Assembly (NCBI GenBank): GCA_902799665.1
Contig: CADCBK010000003.1
Span: 7,566-71,565 of the forward strand
DNA: 64,000 nucleotides
Direction of reading: 5' to 3'
DNA from: an uncultured Spirochaetaceae bacterium
GTDB taxonomy: Bacteria; Spirochaetota; Spirochaetia; Treponematales; Treponemataceae
The notes under the pieces are model-generated. The model was not told the origin of the DNA, searched no databases, and saw only the letters and a program-made list of their open reading frames with translations. This document shows, one piece after another, positions 1 through 10,096 of this stretch; within the stretch, counting starts at the first letter, position 1; the number at the start of each line of letters is the position of its first letter. The position numbers were made by a program, and so were the translations under genes.

Positions 1-733
1 TCCCTTTAACGCCGAATACGAATTTTTGGGAACGGTACAAGACGGCGAAAAAACTTTTTACAAGTTTGAGGTTCAGTACGAGCTGGAATATTCGGTTGAC
101 CTAAAAAAATACGCTCAAGTAAATGGCGAGGTTCCTATTGCCACGCAAGGCTATTCCCACCAGTACATTTTTTGGGACATAGAAAAAGGCTGCATCGACC
201 ACTACAACGAAGAGTTCAAGATTGAGATGCTGACAAGTTCCAACAACATACTCCGCTTTGAGGGAATCGCCCACGCCGAAGTCACAGAGTTTACCCGCAC
301 CGCTGACGAAACGACAGTCGCCGCCGTCCTGGAAAAAATCACCGACCTTGGAATCGACGACGTAAGCGTAACCGCCGGCGAAAAGGGCCTTACCCTTAGC
401 ATCGAGAACATCCAGTTTATGCCAGACAGCGACATCCTTATGCCGAGCGAAAGGGCCAAGCTTGACAAAATCGCGCAAATCCTAAACGCCTATCCCGAAA
501 ACGACTTGCTAGTTACCGGCCACACAGCCCTCCGCGGAACCAAGGAAAGCCGCCAAAAGCTTAGCGAGGAGCGAGCCCAAGCGGTGGCCAACTACCTTAT
601 CCGCAACAAAGTCCGCGACAAGTACCATGTCTTTACAAAGGGCATGGGCGGAGACGTTCCCGTAGCCGACAACAAGACCGAAGCCGGCCGCGCCAAAAAC
701 CGCCGCGTTGAGATTACGATTATGGACAAATAA
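1..733 (+). CDS. OmpA/MotB-family peptidoglycan-binding protein, 5' partial
   Basis: C-terminal OmpA-like motifs GHTA, LSEERAQAV and NRRVEI. The reading frame appears open to the window edge. Confidence 0.85.
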   Translation, partial: PFNAEYEFLGTVQDGEKTFYKFEVQYELEYSVDLKKYAQVNGEVPIATQGYSHQYIFWDIEKGCIDHYNEEFKIEMLTSSNNILRFEGIAHAEVTEFTRTADETTVAAVLEKITDLGIDDVSVTAGEKGLTLSIENIQFMPDSDILMPSERAKLDKIAQILNAYPENDLLVTGHTALRGTKESRQKLSEERAQAVANYLIRNKVRDKYHVFTKGMGGDVPVADNKTEAGRAKNRRVEITIMDK

Positions 734-822
734 CAAACGCAGAGGGCTTGTTTTTTTTGTAAATATATAAAATCCGCTCTAAAATTTGCAAAAAAATCCC
801 AAAAAAAGCCTATCTTATAGGT

Positions 823-2685
823 ATGGGAAATTTATTCGTAAAACTAAAGGCGTTGTTTGAGCGGAACTCCACCGCATCAAAAAGCGCCGCGAATCTTAGG
901 TTTGCCGACAGCCCGGACGCGGACGGGCTTCCTGAGGCTCTGCGCGGAAAAGTTTTCGCCGCTGAGTCAAGCGAGGTTGACGACCCGGTCTTGTCAGTGG
1001 CCAAAAATGTCTTTGGCGTCTCGCACCTTTATCCTTGGCAGCGGCTTGTAATCGGAAACATTCTTGACGCGGCGGCGGATTCCTTGCAAGCCCAAAACAG
1101 CCCGCAAGCCCAAGATGGCGGCGGCAGTCTTAGTCTTGCAGACAGTTCCGACGTGTTTTGCATGGGCCGGCAAATCGTTTTGCTTCCAACCGGCGCCGGA
1201 AAGTCGATGTGTTTTTTGCTTCCGGCGGTGATGCTTTCGGGGCCGACGCTGATTTTTTACCCCTTGCTCGCTTTGATGGCCGACCAAAAGCGCCGCCTGG
1301 AGCAAAACGGAATTGAATGCGTCGTCTTTAGGGGCGGCCAAAGCGAAGATGAGCGTGAAGAAAATTTTAAGCGCCTTTCCGCCGGAGCAAAAATAATTTT
1401 GGCCAACCCGGAAGTCTTGCAAAGCGAGCGGCTCTTGGAGCGCTTTAAGGCTTGCAATATTTCGCACATTGCCATCGACGAGGCGCACTGCGTGGCGGAG
1501 TGGGGCGACACATTCCGGCCCGCCTACCTTACGCTTGGAAAAATAATCGAGACGCTTTCAGTCCCGCTTGTTACGGCTTTTACCGCCACCGCCTCTCCGA
1601 CTGTGCTGGAACGCGTAAGCCAAGTTTTGTTCGGCGGCTCCTGCCATCTTGTTCGCGGAGAAAGCGACCGGCCCAACATCCATTATTCCGTTCAATATGC
1701 ATGGGCAAAGAAAAAGGCCGTCTGCCGCTTGGCCGTTACGGAGCAAAAGCCAATGATTGTCTTTTGCGGAACCAGAGCCAAGAGCGAAGACATGGCGCGC
1801 GAGCTTTGCGAATGTTTGGGAGCCGACAAAGTCCGCTTTTACCACGCAGGCCTAAGCCGCGAGGAAAAGACCGCCGTCGAAAAATGGTTCTTCCCAAAAA
1901 AGGACGCGGTCCTCTGCTGCACTTGCGCTTTCGGCATGGGAGTCGACAAGCCCGATGTTCGCACGGTCGTTCACCTGGAGCCAAGCGCGACCGCTGAAAG
2001 CTACATCCAAGAGGCGGGAAGGGGAGGCCGCGACAAAAAAGTTTCCAAGGCGATTTTATTGTGGAGCCGCGAGGACTCGGAGGCATTTGAAAAGTTCCCA
2101 AAAAAAAGCCGCGAGCGGGTGATCTTAAGATTCGCGCAAAGCAAAAGCTGCCGCCGGCAAGTTTTGCTTGACGCGCTTGGAGGCGAAAAGGCGATTTGCT
2201 CAGGCTGCGACATTTGCGACTCGCAAGCGGTGGCGCGGCAACGGGGAACCGCTCCCCAGGATTGGAAGGCTCCAAGCGTTTTTGACGCCCAAGACGCGCG
2301 CTTGGTCCACAAGCTGGTCCGCAAAAACCAAAACTACTGCAGCCGCGAAAAAATCGTCAAGCTTGCGATGGAAAAATTGAACGCCATCGACAGGAAAATT
2401 TTTGGACTGAACGTTTGGGATTCAAGCGACATCGACTTGATTTTGGAGCAGTTGGAAAAGTCCGGCTCCGTTTATAACGCGGGCTTTTTGTGGGAGAACG
2501 CTATGGCCGCGCTTAGGGACATCTCTAGCCCTCCGCGCCGTCATCCCCTGTGCCTTCATCCTCGCCCTCTTTCTTCTCTTCTGCCTTCTTTGCGGGCTCG
2601 GGCTTGGGCGCTCTTTTCTTCTTGGGCTTTGCAGGCTTTTTCACATAGCGCGCGACAAAAAAGACAAAATTCAAGTAAAGAATAA
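823..2685 (+). CDS. recQ: RecQ-family ATP-dependent DNA helicase
   Basis: PTGAGKS, DEAHC-WG-FRP, TATA, FGMGVDKPDVR, QEAGRGGRD and Zn motif CRR...CSGCDIC. Confidence 0.9.
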   Translation: MGNLFVKLKALFERNSTASKSAANLRFADSPDADGLPEALRGKVFAAESSEVDDPVLSVAKNVFGVSHLYPWQRLVIGNILDAAADSLQAQNSPQAQDGGGSLSLADSSDVFCMGRQIVLLPTGAGKSMCFLLPAVMLSGPTLIFYPLLALMADQKRRLEQNGIECVVFRGGQSEDEREENFKRLSAGAKIILANPEVLQSERLLERFKACNISHIAIDEAHCVAEWGDTFRPAYLTLGKIIETLSVPLVTAFTATASPTVLERVSQVLFGGSCHLVRGESDRPNIHYSVQYAWAKKKAVCRLAVTEQKPMIVFCGTRAKSEDMARELCECLGADKVRFYHAGLSREEKTAVEKWFFPKKDAVLCCTCAFGMGVDKPDVRTVVHLEPSATAESYIQEAGRGGRDKKVSKAILLWSREDSEAFEKFPKKSRERVILRFAQSKSCRRQVLLDALGGEKAICSGCDICDSQAVARQRGTAPQDWKAPSVFDAQDARLVHKLVRKNQNYCSREKIVKLAMEKLNAIDRKIFGLNVWDSSDIDLILEQLEKSGSVYNAGFLWENAMAALRDISSPPRRHPLCLHPRPLSSLLPSLRARAWALFSSWALQAFSHSARQKRQNSSKE

Positions 2686-2761
2686 TCACCGCCGCCGTAA
2701 TGATAGTAATTGGATTTTTCAACACGCCGAGAACAACCGGCAGCATCGCCCCTATTTTCAT
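2525..2761 (-). CDS. Small membrane protein (one TM helix plus Lys/Glu-rich tail)
   Basis: MKIGAMLPVV start, a hydrophobic helix, then a charged tail. It is the 3' part of ORF 2525..3298. Confidence 0.65.
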   Translation of the reverse strand: MKIGAMLPVVLGVLKNPITIITAAVIILYLNFVFFVARYVKKPAKPKKKRAPKPEPAKKAEEKKEGEDEGTGDDGAEG

Positions 2762-2887
2762 GTCATTATTATCGGCATTTCGCTCTGGCTTGTTGAATAA
2801 ATTTCGTAATGTCGCTATAATAATTTGGCGCAAGGGGAACGGCTGGACTGGGCTTTTTGCGAAATTTATTGATTTTTGAGGCGTAAA

Positions 2888-4114
2888 ATGAACGTTGTCG
2901 TAATGGGAGCCCAGTGGGGCGACGAAGGCAAGGGAAAGATTGTTGACTTTTTGGCGCAGGACGCTAAGTACGTAGTGCGCTTTGCGGGCGGAGCCAACGC
3001 CGGCCACACAATCGTGGTTGACGGAAAAAAATACGCTCTGCACCAAGTTCCGTCCGGAATTTTGTATCCCGGAAAGACTGTTTTCCTTGGCTCCGGAATG
3101 GTCATCGACCCCGAAGCGCTTTTTGCCGAACTTAAAATGCTCAAAGACAACGGAATTGATTGGGAAGGCCGCGTCTTCATCTCTGACCGCGCCCACATCG
3201 TTTTGCCCGGCTACCGCGAAATGGACAAAAAGCGCGACGCCGCCCGCAAGCGCCCGATCGGAACCACAGGCCGCGGAATCGGAACCACATACTCCCAAAA
3301 GTCAGAGCGCGACGGAATCCGCTTGGCCGACCTTGACTGGGACGAAAAAATGGCCGACCTTGACCAGGCCGACAAGGACTTCCTTAAGCCCTATATGGAA
3401 CAGCTTCTTTCAATGCGCGTCAACATCGCCGAAAAAATGTGGGAATTCCGCAAGGAAAACATTTTGTTCGAGGGCGCCCAAGGCGCGATGCTCGACATCG
3501 ACAGCGGAACTTATCCCTACGTTTCAAGCGGAGCCTCTTGTTCCGCCGGAGCGTCAACTGGCTCGGGAATCGGACCGCGCTCTTTGGACAGAATCTTTGG
3601 AGTTTTCAAGGCCTATGAGACGCGCGTCGGAAACGGCCCGATGCCCAGCGAGTTCAACGCCGAAAGCGAGGGCGAGCTTTGCGACTATGTCCGCAAGACT
3701 GGAAACGAGTTTGGCGTCACCACAGGCCGCCCGCGCCGCTGCGGCTACCTTGACTTGGTCGCGCTCCGCTACGCCTGCCATGTCAACTCAATCGACTCGC
3801 TTGTTTTGACGCACCTTGACATTTACGACGACATGGACGAAATCGAGGCTTGCATCGCCTACGAGATTGACGGAAAAATCGTCACTGAATTTCCGACAAG
3901 CATTCCGGCGCTCAACAAGGCCAAGCCTGTTTTGCAAAAGTTTGACGGCTGGAAAAAGGACCTCAAAAAGTGCGGCTCTTATTCCAAGATGCCCAAAAAC
4001 GCCAAGGCCTACATCGAGTTCATAGAAGACTTCACCAATACGCCGGTAGGAATCGTCTCTGTCGGAAGCGACCGCAACGAAACCTACTTGCGCATCAAGC
4101 CCTGGAAAAAATAA
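2888..4114 (+). CDS. purA: Adenylosuccinate synthetase
   Basis: GAQWGDEGKGK, GGANAGHT, EGAQG, GVTTGRPRRCG. Confidence 0.97.
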   Translation: MNVVVMGAQWGDEGKGKIVDFLAQDAKYVVRFAGGANAGHTIVVDGKKYALHQVPSGILYPGKTVFLGSGMVIDPEALFAELKMLKDNGIDWEGRVFISDRAHIVLPGYREMDKKRDAARKRPIGTTGRGIGTTYSQKSERDGIRLADLDWDEKMADLDQADKDFLKPYMEQLLSMRVNIAEKMWEFRKENILFEGAQGAMLDIDSGTYPYVSSGASCSAGASTGSGIGPRSLDRIFGVFKAYETRVGNGPMPSEFNAESEGELCDYVRKTGNEFGVTTGRPRRCGYLDLVALRYACHVNSIDSLVLTHLDIYDDMDEIEACIAYEIDGKIVTEFPTSIPALNKAKPVLQKFDGWKKDLKKCGSYSKMPKNAKAYIEFIEDFTNTPVGIVSVGSDRNETYLRIKPWKK

Positions 4115-4123
4115 AAGCCGCGT

Positions 4124-5050
4124 ATGACAATCCAGCAATTAAAATACGCGCAGGGTATTTCCGAGGCTAAAAGCTTCAACAAGGCTGCGGAAAACCTTTA
4201 CGTTTCCCAGCCTTCGTTGACGGCCGCCATTCACGACTTGGAAGCGGAGTTGGGAATCACGATTTTCAACCGAACTTCCAGAGGAGTGACGCTCACAAGC
4301 GAAGGCCAGGATTTTATCCTTAACGCGCGCGAACTCCTAAGGCATTGGGAGAATGTGCTGGAAAAATACGGCGACGACGGAAAGCGAAAAAAGAAATTCG
4401 CGATCTCGACCCAACACTACACCTTTGCCATCAAGAGCTTTGTCGAGATGGCCAAAAAAATCAACACAGACGAATACGAGCTTGCCGCCCGCGAAACAAA
4501 AACCCGCGACGTAATCGAAGACGTCGCCTCAATGAAAAGCGAGCTGGGCGTCTTGTACCTAAGCGACTTTAACCGCAAGGTAATCACCAACTTGCTTGAG
4601 TCAAAGGAATTGGAATTCAACAAGTTGATCGACTGCGGCGCTTACGTCTATATGTGGAAAAAACATCCGCTCGCCAAAAAAGACCGCATCACTTTTGAAG
4701 AGTTGGAGCCGTACCCTTGCCTTTCGTTTGAGCAGGACGAAGCCAGCGAATTTTATTTTGCCGAAGAAATTTTTTCGGAACGCAAGCACCGCCGCGTCAT
4801 CAAGGTCAACGACCGCGGAACGATTCTTAACATGATGGTCGGCCTTAACGGCTACACTCTTTGCTGCGGAATCATCTCCGAGGAGTTGAACGGTTCCGAC
4901 TACGTTGCCGTTCCCTTTTACGACGGAGCCAAAGAAAACAACCCCGCGATGCAAATCGGCTGGATAAAGAAAAAGAACTTAAGCCTTAGCGCGATCGGCC
5001 AATGCTACGTCGATGAGATGAAAAAGTATTTGGCTTCCTACAAGATTTAG
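4124..5050 (+). CDS. LysR-family transcriptional regulator
   Basis: N-terminal HTH SFNKAAENLYVSQPSLT; 308 aa. Confidence 0.93.
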   Translation: MTIQQLKYAQGISEAKSFNKAAENLYVSQPSLTAAIHDLEAELGITIFNRTSRGVTLTSEGQDFILNARELLRHWENVLEKYGDDGKRKKKFAISTQHYTFAIKSFVEMAKKINTDEYELAARETKTRDVIEDVASMKSELGVLYLSDFNRKVITNLLESKELEFNKLIDCGAYVYMWKKHPLAKKDRITFEELEPYPCLSFEQDEASEFYFAEEIFSERKHRRVIKVNDRGTILNMMVGLNGYTLCCGIISEELNGSDYVAVPFYDGAKENNPAMQIGWIKKKNLSLSAIGQCYVDEMKKYLASYKI

Positions 5051-6585
5051 TTGAAAATCTTCTTGACGGCGGCCATGAACTTGTCTCCGCGGTCAAATTC
5101 ATTCGAGAACATTCCAAACGACGTGCAGCCCGGCGAAAAGACAACCGTGTCGTTTTTGTAAGCCGGAGAATTCGCGTCGCCAAAATCTTTTTTGAGCGCC
5201 AAGAGCAAGTCGTCCAAGCAATTGTAGGGGCCGTTGTATGCGATTTTTCTTTCTTGCAATAATGGCAAAAGTTTGTCGGTTCCGCTTCCGGCCAAAAGAT
5301 AGATTGCGGCCGCCGGCGTTGAAGAAACGATTGTCGGATCCAAAGCCTCGGCCAACGGTTCAAAGGCCAGGCCCTTGTCGGTGCCGCCTGTGATGAATAT
5401 TACGGATTTTCCAAAAGCCGCGCTGGCAGCCGCGGCCGCCTCGGGCACGGTGGAGCAAGAGTCGTTGTAAAAGCGGACGTTTCTTTGCGCGGCGCTTTTA
5501 AAGCTGTGAAAGAATTGCAGGCGGTGAGGAATGCCGTTCCACTCGCCAAGAATTTTTTGTATGTCCTGCGCCTGGACTCCCATCAAGTAAAGGACCAGCG
5601 CCGCGTTCATTACGTTTTGGCGCATGTGGCGGCCAGGCACGTTCACCGCTCCCAAAATTTTCGTGTCGTTAGTTTTTGAAGGAATTCGCGCCAAGGCTTC
5701 CAAATCGTTTTTGTCGTCAAAGCTAAGCCAAACGCCGTATTGGCTGTCGTCAAGCGGGTCTTGCTTGTAGCGCAAAACTTTTGCCTTGCATTCGCTGGCG
5801 AACACGTTTCCCCAAGTCCCGCCTTCCTTTGGGCCGGCGCCAAATGGGTCTTTGTCCGCGTCGCAAATCATATAGTCGTCCGCGTCCTGGTCGGCGTAAA
5901 TCAATTTTTTGTCGGCGATGTAGTCTTCCATGTTGCCGTACCAGTTTTGGTGGTCGGGAACGATTTTTGTAATCAATGAAATTTTCGGCTTTAAAAGGCC
6001 GCGGCCCCTAAGGTCGGCCAGCTGCCAGCTTGAAAGCTCCAAAACAACCGGCGTCTTTTCGTTGGTTTCTTCCAAAAAGTTTAGCGGGCTTACGGTGATG
6101 TTTCCGCCCAAAAAGGCCTTAAAGCCGGCCTTGTTCAAGCCGTAATGGATCGCGCTTACGGTAGACGACTTTCCCTTGCTTCCCGTTACCGCGATGATCG
6201 GCGCCTTTGTGAATTGCAAGAAAAGGCTGATGTCGGTTTCTATCGCCGGGGCGGCGCTTAAAAATTCGTTTCCTTGAATTTTGACTCCGGGATTTTTGAT
6301 TACGCAGTCGGCGTCCCTAAAGTCTTCGATTCTGTGGCCGCCCAAAACATAAGTCAAGCGCTCCTTGTTAAGCGTGTCGTCAAAGGCGATGGAGTTTAGG
6401 GTTGGCTTTAACTGCTCCTCCGTTTTCATGTCGGTGACCAAAACGTAGGCGCCGCGCTTAAGCAAAAAGCGCGCCACGGCCTCTCCGCCGCCGTTAAGCC
6501 CCAAGCCCATTACTGTGATGTGTTTGTCCTTTATGTCGTCAATCGATTTAAAGAAACATCCTTTGGGGTAAACATGGGCTTTCAT
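5047..6585 (-). CDS. murD: UDP-N-acetylmuramoyl-L-alanine:D-glutamate ligase
   Basis: GLGLNGGG, VTGSKGKSST, ELSSWQL, DHQNWY, HRLQ, NDS, SPG..F..RG. Confidence 0.93.
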   Translation of the reverse strand: MKAHVYPKGCFFKSIDDIKDKHITVMGLGLNGGGEAVARFLLKRGAYVLVTDMKTEEQLKPTLNSIAFDDTLNKERLTYVLGGHRIEDFRDADCVIKNPGVKIQGNEFLSAAPAIETDISLFLQFTKAPIIAVTGSKGKSSTVSAIHYGLNKAGFKAFLGGNITVSPLNFLEETNEKTPVVLELSSWQLADLRGRGLLKPKISLITKIVPDHQNWYGNMEDYIADKKLIYADQDADDYMICDADKDPFGAGPKEGGTWGNVFASECKAKVLRYKQDPLDDSQYGVWLSFDDKNDLEALARIPSKTNDTKILGAVNVPGRHMRQNVMNAALVLYLMGVQAQDIQKILGEWNGIPHRLQFFHSFKSAAQRNVRFYNDSCSTVPEAAAAASAAFGKSVIFITGGTDKGLAFEPLAEALDPTIVSSTPAAAIYLLAGSGTDKLLPLLQERKIAYNGPYNCLDDLLLALKKDFGDANSPAYKNDTVVFSPGCTSFGMFSNEFDRGDKFMAAVKKIFN

Positions 6586-6620
6586 TTTAATCCTCCATAT
6601 CGGCGGCTTTATTGCCGCTG

Positions 6621-7751
6621 TTAGCGTGACGTCAAAAGTTTTTTGCCTGCTTCAAAGCGTTCCAAAGCCTCGTCAATCAAAAGGTTGATCAAGTCCTTGT
6701 AGCCAAGGCCGGCGGCTTCGCACATTTTTGGGAACATGCTGATGGACGTGAAGCCTGGAATCGTGTTGATTTCGTTGATGTAAATCGCGCCTGAATCCTT
6801 GTCGATGAAAAAGTCAACGCGGCTAAGTCCCGAGCAGTCCAAGACCGAGTAGGCCTTTACGGCAAGCTCTTTGATGATTTTTGTCGTCGTTTCGTCGATG
6901 TCCGCCGGAATCTTGAGCGCGGCGCCGTCGGGGTCTTTGTATTTTGCGTCGTAGTCGTAGAACTCGTGGGTGGGAAGAATCTCGCCGGGCGTGTAGGCCT
7001 TTACGGCGCTAAAGGCGTTTTCGGGATTTTGAATGATCGCGTTTCCGGTGACGCTGCACTCAACCTCGCGCGCGTTGATCGCTTTTTCGACCAAGACCTT
7101 GTTGTCCCACATAAAGGCTTCGCCAAGCGCCATGCTAAACTCGCGCGCGTTGGAAGCCTTGCTGGCTCCTACAGAAGAGCCTGCGTTGCAGGGCTTTACA
7201 AAAAGCGGAAATCCAAAGTCCGCGATAACTTTTTCGACCAAGGCGTCGTAGCGCTTGTTGTCGTTTATGTCCGCGCGCGTAAAGCAGTAGTAGGGAACGA
7301 CAGAAAGGCCGTTGCTCTTCCAAATGACTTTTGTCTTTTCCTTGTCCATCGTAATGCCGCTGGCCATTACGCCGCAGCCGACGTAAGGAAGCTCGGCCGC
7401 TTCCAGCAAGCCTTGCATGACTCCGTCTTCGCAAAAAGTTCCGTGGACTACGCCAAAGACCGCGTCAACCTGCAATGACTTTCCGCCGACTGAAAGCGCG
7501 TCCTTTTTTCCGCCTGGAATTATGTTCACAAGCTTTGCGGGGTCTTCCTCGATTTTAAACGCGGCGCTTGAATCGCCCTGAACGCGCTTAAGCTCGTCGT
7601 CGCTTTGCAAAAACCACTTTCCGTTTTTTGCGATTCCGATTGGAATGATTTTGTACTTTGCCGGATCCAAGTTGCGGGCCACTGAACTTGCGCTTACAAG
7701 AGAAACTTCGTGCTCGCTTGACTTTCCGCCGAATAAAATCGCTAGATTCAT
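6621..7751 (-). CDS. ddl: D-alanine--D-alanine ligase
   Basis: FGGKSSEHEVS, HGTFCEDG, GSSVG, FYDYDAKY, NEINTIPG. Confidence 0.96.
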   Translation of the reverse strand: MNLAILFGGKSSEHEVSLVSASSVARNLDPAKYKIIPIGIAKNGKWFLQSDDELKRVQGDSSAAFKIEEDPAKLVNIIPGGKKDALSVGGKSLQVDAVFGVVHGTFCEDGVMQGLLEAAELPYVGCGVMASGITMDKEKTKVIWKSNGLSVVPYYCFTRADINDNKRYDALVEKVIADFGFPLFVKPCNAGSSVGASKASNAREFSMALGEAFMWDNKVLVEKAINAREVECSVTGNAIIQNPENAFSAVKAYTPGEILPTHEFYDYDAKYKDPDGAALKIPADIDETTTKIIKELAVKAYSVLDCSGLSRVDFFIDKDSGAIYINEINTIPGFTSISMFPKMCEAAGLGYKDLINLLIDEALERFEAGKKLLTSR

Positions 7752-7752
7752 T

Positions 7753-9447
7753 TTACACTTCCTTATTGTATCCTAGTTCCGCCAGCGCTTTTTTCGCCTC
7801 GGCGATTTCGTCGTATGGCATTGCGTGGTCTTTGTATATGATGGAATTTTCGTGTCCCTTTCCCAAAAGCAAAACTATGTCGCCTCTTTTGGCCATTCCA
7901 AAAGCCTGCCTGATTGCGGTTGGCCTGTCTGGCGTGATGAACAAGTCTTTGCCGAGCGTTTTTCCTTCCTGCAAGGCGCCGGCGGCGATTTGCTCCAAAA
8001 GCGCTTTGGGGTCTTCGCCGCGCGGGTCTTCGTCGCACAAAATTATTATGTCGCAGTACTTGGCCGCGATTTGTCCTTGCAAGGGCCTTTTTGTAAGGTC
8101 GCGCTCGCCGCCGCTTCCAAACAAAGCGAATATCCTTCCTTTGCAGCGCGCGCGGATTGGCGGGAAAATCGCCTCAAAGCTTGACGGCGTGTGCGCGTAG
8201 TCAACGATGACTTCAAAGTCCTGGCCCTTTTCAATCTTTGTCATTCTTCCGGTAATCGGAATCAAGTTGTTCGCGCGGCGGGCAAGTTCGCGCAGCGGAA
8301 CGCCTGCCATCTTGTTGACGACAATCATCGCGGCCATTATGTTCATCGCGTTAAAGGCCCCAACGCAAGTCGAGCGCGCGGTTATGCTTTCGTGGCTTTG
8401 GTCAAAGGCCGAGCCGTGGTCAAACTCAAATTCCAGGTAGTCTTGCGCGGCGTCTATTTTTTTCGCCGACAAATATTCCACGCCGTCAATCGGCTGGACT
8501 TCCTTTGCGGCAAAGCCGTAGCAGGCCGCTTGCGTCGCATGGACAAAATAGGCGGCCGAAGGATCTTCCATGTTCACCACGCCGCAAGGAGTTAAGTCCA
8601 AGGGAACGTTGTTCACAACCTTGTGGTGCTTGTGTTTGTCCAAGGCGCGGAAAAGGTTCGCCTTGTCGTCGCGGTATTGCTCAAAAGTTTTGTGGAACTC
8701 CAAGTGTTCCAGCGTGACGTTCATAAAAACGCCGCAGTCAAAAAGAACGTGGTCCAGGCGGCCAAGTTTTTCGCTTAGCCCGTGGCTTGAGCTTTCGACA
8801 ACCGCGTACTCGCAGCCGTTCTGGACCATCTCGTAAAGCTCGCGCTGGATTATCGGCGCCTCGGGAGTGGTGGAGTGAACTGGATTGGCAACCGCTTCGC
8901 CTCCCAATGAATACTGAACGGTAGAAATAAAGCCGGCCCTTTTTCCCGACAAGCGCAAAAGCTGCCAGATAAAGGAAACTGTCGAAGACTTTCCTTCGGT
9001 TCCGGTCACGCCGATCACTATCAATTTTTTGGAAGGGTTTCCGTAAAACTCCGAGGCTACGGGAGCCATTGCCTTGCGCGCGTCGGCGACTTTTAGTAAA
9101 ACCGGCATCACCAAGTCGGAGAGTTTTTTGTCGGCGCTTCCCATGTTGTCCAATGTTCTGCAAACAATCGCCTTTGCGATTTGAGCGCTTTCTTCTTTGG
9201 TCAACTCGTCTTGGTAAACGATTGCGCTGGCGCCGGAATCAATCGCCTTTGCGATGAAACTGTTTCCGTGGACATGCGTTCCTGGAAGCGCGAAAAAAAG
9301 ATAGTTTTGCTTAACCTCGCGCGAATCAAAGGCAAGGCCTGCGATTGGCGTCGCGCCAATAAGAGACTGGTCAAGCGGGCTAACGCCGTCCGCCGCGACC
9401 GCCTTGCATTCAAAGGAATCCAACAACGAAGACAACTTCTTTTCCAT
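7753..9447 (-). CDS. murE: UDP-MurNAc-tripeptide synthetase (MurE)
   Basis: GVTGTEGKSST, TTPEA, ESSSHGL, DYAHTP, GKGHE. The specificity loop reads DEDPR rather than DNPR. Confidence 0.92.
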   Translation of the reverse strand: MEKKLSSLLDSFECKAVAADGVSPLDQSLIGATPIAGLAFDSREVKQNYLFFALPGTHVHGNSFIAKAIDSGASAIVYQDELTKEESAQIAKAIVCRTLDNMGSADKKLSDLVMPVLLKVADARKAMAPVASEFYGNPSKKLIVIGVTGTEGKSSTVSFIWQLLRLSGKRAGFISTVQYSLGGEAVANPVHSTTPEAPIIQRELYEMVQNGCEYAVVESSSHGLSEKLGRLDHVLFDCGVFMNVTLEHLEFHKTFEQYRDDKANLFRALDKHKHHKVVNNVPLDLTPCGVVNMEDPSAAYFVHATQAACYGFAAKEVQPIDGVEYLSAKKIDAAQDYLEFEFDHGSAFDQSHESITARSTCVGAFNAMNIMAAMIVVNKMAGVPLRELARRANNLIPITGRMTKIEKGQDFEVIVDYAHTPSSFEAIFPPIRARCKGRIFALFGSGGERDLTKRPLQGQIAAKYCDIIILCDEDPRGEDPKALLEQIAAGALQEGKTLGKDLFITPDRPTAIRQAFGMAKRGDIVLLLGKGHENSIIYKDHAMPYDEIAEAKKALAELGYNKEV

Positions 9448-9509
9448 AGCGCCAATTATTTTATCGCAAAGCGCTATGAATTTCAAGCAATGCGCGCTAG
9501 AATGGCGCT

Positions 9510-9884
9510 ATGTTTGAAGTACGAGTGGAAGACGATTTTGCGGCGGCGCATTTTTTGCGCGACTATCACGGTAAGTGCGAGGCCTTGCACGGCCACAACT
9601 ATAAGGTTTTTGTCCATGTTCGCGGCTCGGCCCTTAACGAGGGCGGAATGCTTTTGGACTTTACCCAGCTAAAGGCCGCGCTAAAAAAAGTTTTGGCGGG
9701 CTTGGACCACACCAACCTTAACGACAATCCCTTCTTTGACCAAAATCCCAGCGCCGAGCGCATCGCGCTTTACATTTGCCAAAACGTCCAGGCGGAGCTT
9801 GACGCGCAAAAAAAAGGCGTCCGCCTTTATTCGGTGGACGTTTTTGAAACAGACAGAAATCGCGCCACCTACTATGCGGAATAG
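9510..9884 (+). CDS. queD: 6-carboxytetrahydropterin synthase
   Basis: FAAAHFL, CEALHGHNY, LDH, PSAE. Confidence 0.9.
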   Translation: MFEVRVEDDFAAAHFLRDYHGKCEALHGHNYKVFVHVRGSALNEGGMLLDFTQLKAALKKVLAGLDHTNLNDNPFFDQNPSAERIALYICQNVQAELDAQKKGVRLYSVDVFETDRNRATYYAE

Positions 9885-9989
9885 GAACGGTCAAGGCGCG
9901 CTTGCGCTTAAAGCCTTGACTCGTTCCTTTTGCAGCGCGAGCAAAATTATCGCGCCGCAATAAAAACCGCGCTAGTTACTATGTTGAAT

Positions 9990-10024
9990 AAAAAAAACGC
10001 GGCCATGCGACCGCGTTTTTTTTT
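9990..10024. terminator. Bidirectional intrinsic terminator
   Basis: A-tract, CGCGG stem, T-tract, between convergent queD and MCP genes. Confidence 0.75.
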
Positions 10025-10096
10025 CAACCTTTTGCGAGTTTTCGGCCGCCCGTTGAGCGGTAGAAAACTCGTGTTTGAAACAAAACTTGTTTTGTT

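Noticed and set aside
2982-3809. 275-aa alternate-frame ORF inside purA
   Set aside because: Its Ser/Thr/Pro-rich composition is typical of an off-frame read caused by codon bias.
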